Source: Candidatus Magasanikbacteria bacterium GW2011_GWA2_56_11
Lineage (GTDB): Bacteria > Patescibacteriota > Patescibacteriia > Magasanikbacterales > UBA922
Assembly (NCBI GenBank): GCA_001004885.1
Contig: LCRX01000009.1
Coordinates: forward strand, 1,459 to 65,458
DNA: 64,000 nt
Reading direction: 5' to 3'
The translations under genes and the position numbers were made by a program. The first letter of the stretch is position 1. Every line of letters begins with the position of its first letter. Of the stretch, positions 1 to 8,461 are shown in pieces. Under the pieces are notes generated by a model. The model made no database searches, had not been told where the DNA came from, and was given only the letters and a program-made list of their open reading frames with translations.

Positions 1-177
1 GCCACGCTCGCCAGCGACTTCAACACCCCGGCCCTCGACTGCGCCGCGGTCCAGTGGCAGGACCCCGAGGTCTCTCTGTGCTTCATCCCGGACGACTCGC
101 GGCTCTTCTTCGACGATAGGAGCCTCCGCGCGAGCGAGTGCTTCTCCGGCGGCGTCCTCGTCCTTCGTCAGCCCTAG
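1..177 (+). CDS. 3' end of a CDS running in from upstream (high-GC codon usage), stop TAG at 175-177
   Basis: Frame 1 is open from base 1 to the TAG; about 70% GC with G/C-rich third positions, unlike the host genes downstream. Confidence 0.25.
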   Translation, partial: ATLASDFNTPALDCAAVQWQDPEVSLCFIPDDSRLFFDDRSLRASECFSGGVLVLRQP

Positions 178-692
178 CCCTCGTTCTCTTCTCCACTTGT
201 CTCTTGGATCAAGGACCTTGGTCACTTGGTCCCTCGGGCACCCACCTTTATACAGGCGGCCTTGGCTCTCACGATTCCCATCGTGATCGAGCCAGGCCGC
301 CTTCGTGTTTTAATACAAATTTTGATATATTTCTCTACTGAAAGTAGGCTCATGTACCATAGTTCCCACAGGGATTACGGCCGCCGAAATTATATATCTT
401 TGGAAACGTATTGGAGTCTGGCGGTTAATACCTAACTTCTTCCAATCGTCGGAGTGTATACGAAAGATGTAGACACTGCGTGTTTTTTTGTAGGATCCAC
501 CGTGGGGCCGCATAAAATTTAAGAGGGGTAACAACCAATAACGCGGAAGTTATGTCGGGTATGTTTTTTTGTCGTAATATTGACTTTATTTACTCCAAGA
601 TCGGACTTAATTTCACGATTCTACGCTAGGCACAGCAGAGAAGACGAGTTGGCACCAGCCATGGGTTGGTACGGTGTCCAACGACGATCTAT

Positions 693-720
693 TGACTTTT
701 TTCATAATTACTTCTATACT
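693..720 (+). promoter_or_regulatory. sigma70-like promoter TTGACT-N16-TATACT upstream of ndk
   Basis: Hexamers read directly in the sequence; AT-rich upstream region. Confidence 0.4.
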
Positions 721-747
721 CCTCACAATCCAACTAACTAAAATTCT

Positions 748-1227
748 ATGAATTTCACAGGCATATACGAAAAGACTATCCTGATCGTCAAACCGGATGG
801 TGTCCAGCGCGGACTCGTCGGCGAGGTGGTGAAGCGGCTGGAGATGAAAGGCATGAAAGTCGTGGGCTTGAAAATGATGTATTTAAACGAAGAAAAGCTG
901 CGTGAGCACTATGCCCACCACGTGGAGAAACCGTTTTACCCGGGGCTCGAGAAGTTCATGAAATCGAGCCCGGTAGTCGTGATCTGCGCCGAGGGCAAGA
1001 ACGCTGTGTCCGCCGTCCGGCTCATCGCCGGGGTAACCGACGCGGGCAAGGCTGACGCCGGCACTATCCGCGGCGACCTGGCTATGGGGATGTGCAACGT
1101 GGTCCACTGCTCAGACTCGGTTGAAACCGCGGTGGCCGAAGTTAAACGGTTCTTTGACGAAGCAGAGATCTTCGATTACAGCAAGACCGAATATTTGCAT
1201 GTTTACATGGAGGACGAGCGGGCCTAA
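748..1227 (+). CDS. ndk: nucleoside diphosphate kinase
   Basis: 159 aa; IVKPDGVQRGL...NVVHCSD motifs typical of NDK. Confidence 0.95.
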   Translation: MNFTGIYEKTILIVKPDGVQRGLVGEVVKRLEMKGMKVVGLKMMYLNEEKLREHYAHHVEKPFYPGLEKFMKSSPVVVICAEGKNAVSAVRLIAGVTDAGKADAGTIRGDLAMGMCNVVHCSDSVETAVAEVKRFFDEAEIFDYSKTEYLHVYMEDERA

Positions 1228-1235
1228 GGCCGTCT

Positions 1236-1469
1236 GTGGATAAGCCGCTTGACCAGCCCAGCCGTTTCCTATACGATAAACTAAGTATGTTGACCAATTT
1301 GCGCCACAATATTCTCCTAGCCATTAAGAATTGCCTTAAGCCCGAGGTACGTATTTTCGCGTTCGATTACGCGTTCGTACCCCAAAGCGGGATGGTTTAC
1401 CAAGGCGGCGATGAGGAGAATTGCTGCGGTGGCGGTGGATGCGGTTGCGGAGGAAAAGGCAACTGCTAA
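1236..1469 (+). CDS. small hypothetical protein with a Cys/Gly-rich C-terminal tail (CCGGGGCGCGGKGNC)
   Basis: ORF starts 8 nt after the ndk stop and is followed by a rho-independent terminator at 1487-1517. Confidence 0.4.
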   Translation: MDKPLDQPSRFLYDKLSMLTNLRHNILLAIKNCLKPEVRIFAFDYAFVPQSGMVYQGGDEENCCGGGGCGCGGKGNC

Positions 1470-1486
1470 CAGCCAGAAAAGTGTAA

Positions 1487-1517
1487 ATCATCCCGAACTC
1501 AATCGGGATGATTTTAA
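1487..1517 (+). terminator. rho-independent terminator (atcatcccga / tcgggatgat stem plus T-run)
   Basis: Perfect 10-bp stem followed by TTTT. Confidence 0.5.
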
Positions 1518-1802
1518 TTTATGAGAGGGGGATCTGGGGCGAGGGGATAGTAGTCCGTTCGCCCTAGGAATGGCCTAGATAGCTCTTTAAACCGGTGATT
1601 GCGTTCGCGATAGTGTGCGCAGTCCCATCACTTAGAGGTAGTGCAAGGTCAGGTTGGGGTAAATACTGATGACACTCGTCCGTATTTATCCTAACCTGAC
1701 CGGAGTGGCCGGTCGGGCGAACGCCAGCGGTGGGGCTTTCCACCGCATCCCGACAGAAGTCGAGAAAAACACAGCATGTCCGACGTGAAGGAGAGTAGAC
1801 GA

Positions 1803-2012
1803 ATGAGAAGGACCACCGGCGTGTCAGGAGCCCCCTGGGACTCTCGGCTTCTCCGTGCGGAGCACGACATCGAGATGCGTCGGGCGGGACTTATCGACGC
1901 CCACTCGCCGGCGTTGAGCCTGCGCGGCCGTTCGATCGAGGAGGCACTTCACGGGCTCCCCCCCGAGCTCTGGGAGCTCGCTGCCCGCGCTGAGCTGCGC
2001 GAGGACTACTAA
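1803..2012 (+). CDS. hypothetical small protein (high-GC island)
   Basis: ATG preceded by AAGGAGAG Shine-Dalgarno; about 70% GC. Confidence 0.35.
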   Translation: MRRTTGVSGAPWDSRLLRAEHDIEMRRAGLIDAHSPALSLRGRSIEEALHGLPPELWELAARAELREDY

Positions 2013-2120
2013 GCCTCCCCGTTCTCCCACCAAGGCGGCCTCCACCCCCGCTACCTCCCCTTCCAATGTTTGTTTATGTATTAAGCCGATATTGGAGGAG
2101 TCTTTATCCACATTACCAAA

Positions 2121-2285
2121 TTTTGACGTTGAAATCACAGCGAGTTTCCCCCTTTTCGCCTCAGCATATACTTATTTTCTCGGCACCAAAACTCGCTCTT
2201 ATAGACTAGGACATTGGTGCCGAGAAAATAAGTCTATGTTTCGGCTCAACTTAGGATAGGATTGCTAATAACTTGCTATCAGTTC
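2121..2285 (+). repeat. family A structured repeat, copy A1 (most diverged)
   Basis: Shares the cacagcgagttt...aaaactcgctc and inner inverted repeats with the copies at 4899, 6805, 52712 and 56636. Confidence 0.6.
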
Positions 2286-2420
2286 GTTTTTAAACAATCT
2301 GCCATAGTACACCCACTATGTTGCGACATCTCAGCCAAGCCTTTTATTTCTTTTTTTTCTTCCGTCCCCTGGCCGCTGAGGTTGTTCGTGTGCGTATCTA
2401 ACAAACACACAAAACAAAGA

Positions 2421-2450
2421 AGAGCCTCAGCTATGGGGCTCTTTTATTTT
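2421..2450 (+). terminator. rho-independent terminator (agagcc / ggctct stem plus T-run)
   Basis: Stem-loop followed by ttttatttt. Confidence 0.4.
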
Positions 2451-2512
2451 CAGCGGGCAGCGAGAGGAAACAGGTGATTGTTTTTTCTCGGGGCTCGATG
2501 AAAGGAGAGAAC

Positions 2513-2695
2513 ATGAACACCACCGAGACCAGACTGGCCTTCAACATCTTCGACGACGCGTGGATGGAGCATATCACCCAGGAAAGGGTGGACGCCATGG
2601 TCCGGGCCTACGGCCGGGACGCCGCCAGGTACTACCTGGCGATCTACCGGAATTCGCCGGGTTGCATTGTTGACAAGAACACCGTTTGGCCATAA
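2513..2695 (+). CDS. hypothetical 60-aa protein (high-GC island)
   Basis: AAAGGAGAG Shine-Dalgarno 5 nt upstream of the ATG. Confidence 0.4.
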   Translation: MNTTETRLAFNIFDDAWMEHITQERVDAMVRAYGRDAARYYLAIYRNSPGCIVDKNTVWP

Positions 2696-2708
2696 ATGGA
2701 GGCCGGCA

Positions 2709-2840
2709 TGTGGGCGAACGCGACAGTCATCACGCAGCAGGATATTGATGAGCTTCTCCGGCGATACTCCAGGGAGGATGTTGTCAGGTGGCTCAAGGTC
2801 TGGGGCGACAGTGGCTGCATCATCGAGGGAGAGGCGTAAT
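2709..2840 (+). CDS. hypothetical 43-aa protein (not in the ORF track)
   Basis: GGAGG 5 nt upstream of the ATG; translates MWANATVITQQDIDELLRRYSREDVVRWLKVWGDSGCIIEGEA. Confidence 0.35.
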
Positions 2841-2856
2841 AGTATAGGAGGATAGC

Positions 2857-3144
2857 ATGGACTGGGCGACGAGGTGTGTCCAGGAAGGCCGCCTCCCGGC
2901 CGAACTCATCCGCGACGGACAGGAAGTCGAGTTCAAGCCTGGGTGGAGGATCAGGCCGACACCGGACCGGGACGGGCCATACCGACGGTACGTCATCGAG
3001 ACGGACGTGCTGGTGCCGGGAGTCGAGCCGGACTGGCCGTTCTCGCCCCGGCAGACTCCGGAGGTGCGCTGTACGGTCTACGTGCACTGCGCCCGCGCCG
3101 CTGCTTGGGCCGCTGCCGATGAGACGTCGGCTGCTCCGGCCTAG
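2857..3144 (+). CDS. hypothetical 95-aa protein (high-GC island)
   Basis: AGGAGG Shine-Dalgarno 6 nt upstream of the ATG; third of three tandem small genes. Confidence 0.45.
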   Translation: MDWATRCVQEGRLPAELIRDGQEVEFKPGWRIRPTPDRDGPYRRYVIETDVLVPGVEPDWPFSPRQTPEVRCTVYVHCARAAAWAAADETSAAPA

Positions 3145-3184
3145 ACTACGCGCTTCTACGGCACACTCCTCTCGATCGCCAACA

Positions 3185-3260
3185 ACCGCCCACGCCAACA
3201 CACTTGAGGTCGGAAACATTGTTTCCGGGCTGAAGGAGACAGGCGTGGGCGGTTTGTTTT
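3185..3260 (+). terminator. long-stem terminator (accgcccacgcc...ggcgtgggcggt plus ttgtttt)
   Basis: 12-bp perfect inverted repeat with a large loop followed by a T-rich tract. Confidence 0.4.
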
Positions 3261-3291
3261 GCGCCAGGTTAAGCTGATGCCGGTCAATTTG

Positions 3292-3321
3292 TTGACAGTG
3301 GATAACCAATTATTTTATACT
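3292..3321 (+). promoter_or_regulatory. sigma70-like promoter TTGACA-N18-TATACT
   Basis: Hexamers read directly; an AGTGGATAA (near DnaA-box) sits in the spacer. Confidence 0.4.
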
Positions 3322-3325
3322 TATG

Positions 3326-3494
3326 GCAGATCCGCTCGCGACAGCATATCTCATTCTACAACATCGTTATCATGGGAGGCCTACATTGCCTGCGGCCCGT
3401 GGGTCCAGGTTGCGGCCACCCACCTGGTACATACAGGGATGACGATAGTGCTGTCTTGGGCAGGATCCAAAAGGTCCCCGGCTGGGGATTTTTT
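3326..3494 (+). ncRNA. candidate small RNA or leader of about 170 nt between the promoter and an intrinsic terminator
   Basis: Promoter at 3292-3321; terminator ccccggctgggg plus attttttg at 3476-3494; no convincing ORF. Confidence 0.25.
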
Positions 3495-3542
3495 GTACCC
3501 GCCGTTGGGCGCGCCGGATAACCGGCATTGAAATTATTTGGT

Positions 3543-4718
3543 ATGCTCAAGTCATACATTGAAATACCGCCTTCGGCTACCCTGAGAATGAACACCCTGG
3601 CGCTCGCGAAAAAGCAGCGCGGAGAAAGAGTCTACAACTTGAGCGCGGGCGAACCGTTTTTGCCGACGGATTCGGGGGTAATTGAGGCGGCCTGTCGCGC
3701 TATGCGAGCCGGACAGACGCACTATCCGCCGGTTTTGGGCCTGCCGGAATTGCGCCGCGCGGCAGCCGAGTGGATGAACAGCACGTACGCGACCGCCTAT
3801 GCCCCGGACGAAGTAATAGCCACCTGCGGCGGCAAATTCGGTCTTTATGCTTTGTGCCGGGCATTGCTCGGGCCCGGAGACGAGGCGCTCATTATCGCGC
3901 CATACTGGGTGTCTTATCCCTCTCTGATTCAACTCGCGGGCGCGTCCGCGGTTACTGTGGCGACTGCTCCGGAGCGCGGTTGGAAGGCAAGCCGACAGGA
4001 TCTCGAACAGGCGATAACGCCGCGCACGCGGGTAATCATTTTCAATAATGCCGCCAATCCGACCGGCGTCGTGTACCATCGGGAGGAAATTGGCGCTTTG
4101 CTGGAGTGCGCGGCCGCGCACGATTTGGCCGTTGTTTCCGACGAAGTCTACAGCGGCCTGGTATACGACGGGCGCATTTTTGTCTCGGCCGGTTCTTTTC
4201 CTGAGCATCACGGCCGGGTATTCGTCGTGCAAAGCGTGTCCAAACATTTTGCCATGACAGGCTGGCGGGTGGGATTCGTGCTGGGCGATAAAGGAATTAT
4301 CGAATCCCTGGGAGTTTTGCAGAGCCAAAGCACCACCGGAACCGCCAGCATCAGCCAGTGGGCCGCCACCGCCGCCCTGGCCATGGCGCCGGCCATTATG
4401 TCCGAAGTTTCACAAAAAATGAGCGAGCGGCGGGATGCGCTGCACAGCGCGCTCCAAAGTACGTTCGGCGGCTTTGTGGCCAAACCGGCTTCAGGACTGT
4501 ACACATTGGCGGCGTTGGCCGATTTGGGGGTAAAAGATACCGCCTCGACAGCCTTTTGCGAACGCCTGCTTGAGCAGGCTAACATCGCTCTCGTACCCGG
4601 GGCGCCATTCGGCCAGGAAGGTTATGTGCGTTTTTCGTTTGGCGAAGACAGCGCGGAACTCTGCGCGGCCGTGCGGGCTTTGGGGGAGTACTTGAAAAAA
4701 ACGCGCCTTTTGGTATAA
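3543..4718 (+). CDS. class I/II pyridoxal-phosphate aminotransferase (aspartate aminotransferase-like)
   Basis: NLSAGEPFLPT, SVSKHFAMTGWRVGF (PLP-lysine region); start set at the first ATG, the ORF track begins at a TTG at 3528. Confidence 0.9.
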   Translation: MLKSYIEIPPSATLRMNTLALAKKQRGERVYNLSAGEPFLPTDSGVIEAACRAMRAGQTHYPPVLGLPELRRAAAEWMNSTYATAYAPDEVIATCGGKFGLYALCRALLGPGDEALIIAPYWVSYPSLIQLAGASAVTVATAPERGWKASRQDLEQAITPRTRVIIFNNAANPTGVVYHREEIGALLECAAAHDLAVVSDEVYSGLVYDGRIFVSAGSFPEHHGRVFVVQSVSKHFAMTGWRVGFVLGDKGIIESLGVLQSQSTTGTASISQWAATAALAMAPAIMSEVSQKMSERRDALHSALQSTFGGFVAKPASGLYTLAALADLGVKDTASTAFCERLLEQANIALVPGAPFGQEGYVRFSFGEDSAELCAAVRALGEYLKKTRLLV

Positions 4719-4744
4719 TACGGCGGCTGATACAATCAGCCGAT

Positions 4745-4818
4745 CGGGGTGTAGTTCAGTTGGCTAGAACGCATGCATGGGGTGCATGAGGTCGCACGTT
4801 CGAGTCGTGTCACCCCGA
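4745..4818 (+). tRNA. tRNA-Pro (anticodon GGG)
   Basis: Cloverleaf built by hand: acceptor CGGGGTG/CACCCCG, D stem GTTC/GAAC, anticodon loop ATGGGGT, T stem GCACG/CGTGT; CCA not encoded. Confidence 0.85.
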
Positions 4819-4898
4819 CAAAAGGAAACGCCAGTCTGCCAAGCGCAAAGACAAGGGGCCTAGCCCCTTTTTCTTTTTTTGTGTTAAAATAACTTTGG

Positions 4899-5041
4899 CT
4901 ATGAACTCACAGCGAGTTTCCCCCCTTTCGCCTCAAACAGAGACTGGTTTTCACGGCCCCAAAACTCGCTCTTACAGGCTCAAACATTGGTGCCGCGAAA
5001 ATCAGTCTCTGTTTCGGCTCGACTTAGAAAAGAGAATTGCC
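4899..5041 (+). repeat. family A repeat copy A2, 5' portion; its 3' tail resumes at 5206-5226 after the B1 insertion
   Basis: Aligns with the other A copies up to gaattgc; the tail taactcactgtcagttctatg follows B1. Confidence 0.65.
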
Positions 5042-5205
5042 AGAACCTACTCCCAAAAATAATTCCGAGGCAATTTTGTGCCTGTTTCGAGCGAAAATTG
5101 TCCGGGTTGAGCAGGCTAGTGGTACTATGGCGACGAAAGCCGGACAATTTGCAGCCGAAACAGGCCAAAATTGAGCCGGAAGTTATTTTTGGAAGTAGGT
5201 TCTAG
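5042..5205 (+). mobile_element. family B MITE-like element copy B1 (about 164 bp with terminal inverted repeats AGAACCTACTCCCAAAAATAA)
   Basis: Terminal inverted repeats and an internal long imperfect palindrome; inserted inside copy A2. Confidence 0.6.
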
Positions 5206-5223
5206 TAACTCACTGTCAGTTCT

Positions 5224-5802
5224 ATGGAAGCGCTCGATCCTTTGTATTGGCTTACGCTTTATCACGCCCCTGCCATTTTCGCGGGTGCTTTTCTTTTTGG
5301 CGAGACAATCATTTTGAGCGCGGCCTTTTTGTCGGCGCAGGGCTGGTGGCAACCGGGCACGGTTTTCTGGTTTTCTCTTCTCGGCACGGTAATCGCGGAT
5401 TGCGTCTGGTTTTTTTTCGGCCACCTGGCGACGCGTACCCGGCGCTGGGAAAAAAACCAGGAAAAATACGCGCGCGTCATCGAGTTTGTCGAGCGCAAAA
5501 CCGGGAATCGGCCATATCTGGCGCTGATACCGATTAAGTTCATGTACGGAACGCGGATACTCACCATTATTTATCTTTCGCTCCATCGCGTTAAGTTTTG
5601 GTCTTTTCTGGCGGCCGACCTGGCGGCCACCGCTCTTTTGCTGGCCGTTTTGATACCCCTGGGCTGGCTGGCCGGGCGGGGTTATACTAATTTGTTAACG
5701 ACCTACCACGGAGTAACCTACGCGTTAGGCGGCGTCCTGGTTTTGTTTGCGGCGTATAAAATAGTAACTGTATGGCTCAGCCGACGGATAATAAAAAAGT
5801 AA
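5224..5802 (+). CDS. DedA/VTT-domain family membrane protein
   Basis: 192 aa with multiple TM segments and DedA-like sequence; the ATG lies within the tail of the A2 repeat. Confidence 0.65.
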   Translation: MEALDPLYWLTLYHAPAIFAGAFLFGETIILSAAFLSAQGWWQPGTVFWFSLLGTVIADCVWFFFGHLATRTRRWEKNQEKYARVIEFVERKTGNRPYLALIPIKFMYGTRILTIIYLSLHRVKFWSFLAADLAATALLLAVLIPLGWLAGRGYTNLLTTYHGVTYALGGVLVLFAAYKIVTVWLSRRIIKK

Positions 5803-6770
5803 GCGCCATAGTTCCGGCCCACAACGAGGCCGAAAGGATCGGACGAGTGTTGGCGGTGCTGACCACTTCTCCCCACATCCGCGAAGTGGTGGTAGTGGAT
5901 GACGGCTCCACTGATGGCACGGCAGCGGCGGCCGCGCGTTATCCGGTGCGCGTGCTTAGGCTAGGCAAAAACCAGGGCAAGGGGAGAGCGCTCGATGCCG
6001 GCGTCGGCGCGGTCGAGAGTCCGGTCTTGCTGTTTTGCGATGCGGATATGCAGGGTATTACGCACCAGATGATAGCCGAAATTATCCAGCCGGTGGCCGA
6101 GGGAAAACTGGACATGTTTATCGCGATGATGAACCGCAGGAGCTACGCGTTGCGCTTTATGCTGTCGTTTGTGCCGCTGCTCGGCGGCCAGAGGGCTCTG
6201 GCCAGAGAACTCTGGCAGCGCCTGCCAGAGTTCTACAAAGACCGGTTCCGGGTTGAAACCGCCCTGAATTTTTACGCCAAATATTACGGTCTCGGCTTTG
6301 GGTTTAAGGTTTTTACCGGTCTGGGGCAGACCATAAAGGAGAAAAAATACGGCCTGTTGTCCGGTTTTTACCGCCGGGCACTCATGCTCTATGATGTGTT
6401 CGGCGCCCAGGCGCGCCTCCAGCTCGCCAGCGTACCCCATACCCTAAAGAGCAAGCGTTTGTCCGCGTTGGGCAGCTTGGTAAGTCTTGGGGGGCTCGGC
6501 ATCGGCGCGCTCGTATTGGCGGCCTCGTACACCGGTCCGCTGCAATTTTTGCAATCGCTCTTTGCCGAACGTTTGCGCGAGGATCCAAGTACGCCGGTAG
6601 TCGATTATCTGCTTTATCTGGCCGCGGCTGCCAGCCGCGATTTGCTGCTTTTTTTCGGAGCGCTTTTGATCCTGATAAATTTTTTTTTCTTGGCGCTGGA
6701 AACGCGCCACCTGGTGGGCTGGCGCGTGGCCGAGGCAGCCAACGGCCGGAAGAATTTTTCCGAGTCCTAA
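5772..6770 (+). CDS. family 2 glycosyltransferase with a C-terminal membrane region
   Basis: VSAIVPAHNE...VVVDDGSTDGT...LFCDADM motifs. Confidence 0.8.
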   Translation: MAQPTDNKKVSAIVPAHNEAERIGRVLAVLTTSPHIREVVVVDDGSTDGTAAAAARYPVRVLRLGKNQGKGRALDAGVGAVESPVLLFCDADMQGITHQMIAEIIQPVAEGKLDMFIAMMNRRSYALRFMLSFVPLLGGQRALARELWQRLPEFYKDRFRVETALNFYAKYYGLGFGFKVFTGLGQTIKEKKYGLLSGFYRRALMLYDVFGAQARLQLASVPHTLKSKRLSALGSLVSLGGLGIGALVLAASYTGPLQFLQSLFAERLREDPSTPVVDYLLYLAAAASRDLLLFFGALLILINFFFLALETRHLVGWRVAEAANGRKNFSES

Positions 6771-6804
6771 GCCAAAGAACCGCCGATATTTTTTTCTGTC
6801 CATT

Positions 6805-6966
6805 CTATGAACTCACAGCGAGTCTCCCCCCTTTCGCCTCAACATAGACTGATTTTCGCGGCCCCAAAACTCGCTCTTACAGGCTCAGACATTGGTGCCG
6901 TGAAAATCAGTCTATGTTTCGGCTCAACTTAGAAAATAGAATTGCTGATAACTCATTATCATTTCT
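6805..6966 (+). repeat. family A repeat copy A3
   Basis: Near-identical to A4 and A5; the tail ttctatg supplies the ATG of the downstream gene. Confidence 0.65.
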
Positions 6967-7410
6967 ATGTATATTCTGTCTTCAGCCTTTTCCAACGGCG
7001 GAGAAATCCCCGCCGAATATACTTGCGACGGCGCCGATACTCCGCCGCCGCTCTCTTGGGGCGGTATTCCGGAAACGGCCCAGAGCCTGGTCTTGATAGC
7101 CGACGACCCTGATGCCCCGTCCGGAACATGGGTACATTGGACAGTGTGGAATCTGGATCCCAAGGCTGCCGGTCTCGAAGGTAAAAAAATCCCCCCGGGG
7201 GCGGTAGAGGGAACAACAAGTTTTGGCCGTCCCGGTTACGGCGGTCCGTGTCCGCCCTCGGGAGTGCATCGTTACTTTTTCAAGTTACTGGCTCTCGATA
7301 CGCAGCTCGGCTTGCCGGCGGGAGCCGGTTATGCGGAATTGGATCGGGCCGTGCAGGGACATATCATAGCCAATGCCGCGCTTGTCGGCATCTATTCGAG
7401 GAAACAATGA
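6967..7410 (+). CDS. PEBP / YbhB-YbcL family protein
   Basis: ADDPDAPSG...HWTVWNL...GYGGPCPPSGVHRYFFKLLAL. Confidence 0.85.
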   Translation: MYILSSAFSNGGEIPAEYTCDGADTPPPLSWGGIPETAQSLVLIADDPDAPSGTWVHWTVWNLDPKAAGLEGKKIPPGAVEGTTSFGRPGYGGPCPPSGVHRYFFKLLALDTQLGLPAGAGYAELDRAVQGHIIANAALVGIYSRKQ

Positions 7411-7485
7411 AAAATTCAGGGCAGTATTAACCCTAAAAAAATTCTCCGGGCAGCTTGTCCCGGAGAATTTTTGTCCCTTGTTTGT

Positions 7486-7650
7486 TTACGCCGTTGGCTT
7501 TGCCAGCGTGCGGATGCAACGGGTGCAGAGCTTGTTGTCTCCCACCTTTTGCAGGTTTGGATACTGGCGGCGAATCGTTTTGATGTTCGAGTGGCTTCGG
7601 CTGGCGGATTTCTGTGAACCCTTGCCGCAGCGGTCGCAGGTGCGGGCCAT
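7486..7650 (-). CDS. rpmB: ribosomal protein bL28
   Basis: Hand translation of the minus strand gives MARTCDRCGKGSQKSASRSHSNIKTIRRQYPNLQKV...CTRCIRTLAKPTA (54 aa); absent from the ORF track because it is under 60 aa. Confidence 0.75.
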   Translation of the reverse strand: MARTCDRCGKGSQKSASRSHSNIKTIRRQYPNLQKVGDNKLCTRCIRTLAKPTA

Positions 7651-7870
7651 ACTAGTCTGAAATAAACAAGTCTAAATTTAAGGTGGAAACCGGGGCGGCC
7701 GGAGCGCGCGGGATTGTTTAAATTAACCGGTCGCGCTATACTGTCCAAAGTGAGCCTTATACTACACCCGGACAAAGAATTTGTCAATATTGTACCTGGC
7801 CGCCTGTCCGACGCGTGGCCGGCGGGGTAAAGTTGGCGGCCCATTATATCCAGATTTTTTGGTTTTCTCT

Positions 7871-8388
7871 ATGGAATTTACTTCTCTCCTTTTCTATTTT
7901 TTCATCATCATACCCTCGGCCATCTTTCATGAGTATGCCCACGGCTGGATGGCCGACCGGCTGGGTGATCCGACCGCGCGCTATGCCGGGCGCCTGACTC
8001 TTGACCCGCGGCCGCATATCGACAAAATCGGCACGCTGCTTTTGCCGCTGATGCTCTTCGTTTTTACCGGCGGGCGTTCTTTGTTTGCTTATTTACTTTT
8101 GGCGCCATTCTTCAGTTCGTGCCTTCCGGCAACCTGGCCGTATTTTTGTCCATTATTGTTTACGCCAATGTCCTTTTGGCGGTGTTCAATCTCGTACCGA
8201 TTCCACCCCTTGACGGATCAAAACTACTTTACGCGCTTTTGCCCGCGTCTTGGCACCAGTTGCGCGATGCGCTTGACCGGTTCGGTTTTGTATTTTTGCT
8301 CTTTTTTATTTTTTTCTTATCCCCGGTCATTATCCCCGTAATTCAGTTTGTATACCAGCTGTTCACCGCCGGAAAGGGGTTGTTCTAG
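7871..8388 (+). CDS. M50 (site-2 protease) family metalloprotease, apparently frameshifted near 8070-8090
   Basis: HEYAHG motif in frame 1 (7781 ORF); FGAILQFVP...NLVPIPPLDGSK in the next frame (8119 ORF, GTG-initiated in the track). Confidence 0.6.
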
Positions 8389-8427
8389 ATTTTAGGGCTC
8401 CCTCTCAAAGCTCTGCTGCCGACCGGC

Positions 8428-8456
8428 TTGACAAACTGCGGCGCCGGGTTTATACT
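8428..8456 (+). promoter_or_regulatory. consensus sigma70 promoter TTGACA-N17-TATACT
   Basis: Exact hexamers with a 17-nt spacer. Confidence 0.5.
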
Positions 8457-8461
8457 GAGCC

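Noticed and set aside
226-534. ORFs 226-435 (+) and 310-534 (-) in the AT-rich stretch upstream of ndk
   Set aside because: They are short, mutually overlapping, have no Shine-Dalgarno and span an abrupt GC transition. This is more likely an intergenic or promoter region.
4987-5205. Small ORFs lying inside family B elements (4987-5205, 11881-12114, 30982-31167, 11610-11930)
   Set aside because: They are translations of palindromic repeat DNA. The same pseudo-peptide MACFGCKLSG.RRHSTT recurs because the DNA is repeated, not because it is a gene.
8119-8388. Treating the 8119 ORF as an independent gene
   Set aside because: It has no ATG (GTG in the track). It carries the C-terminal half of the M50 protease motifs and is open upstream to 8005. 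It is the frameshifted continuation of the 7871 gene.
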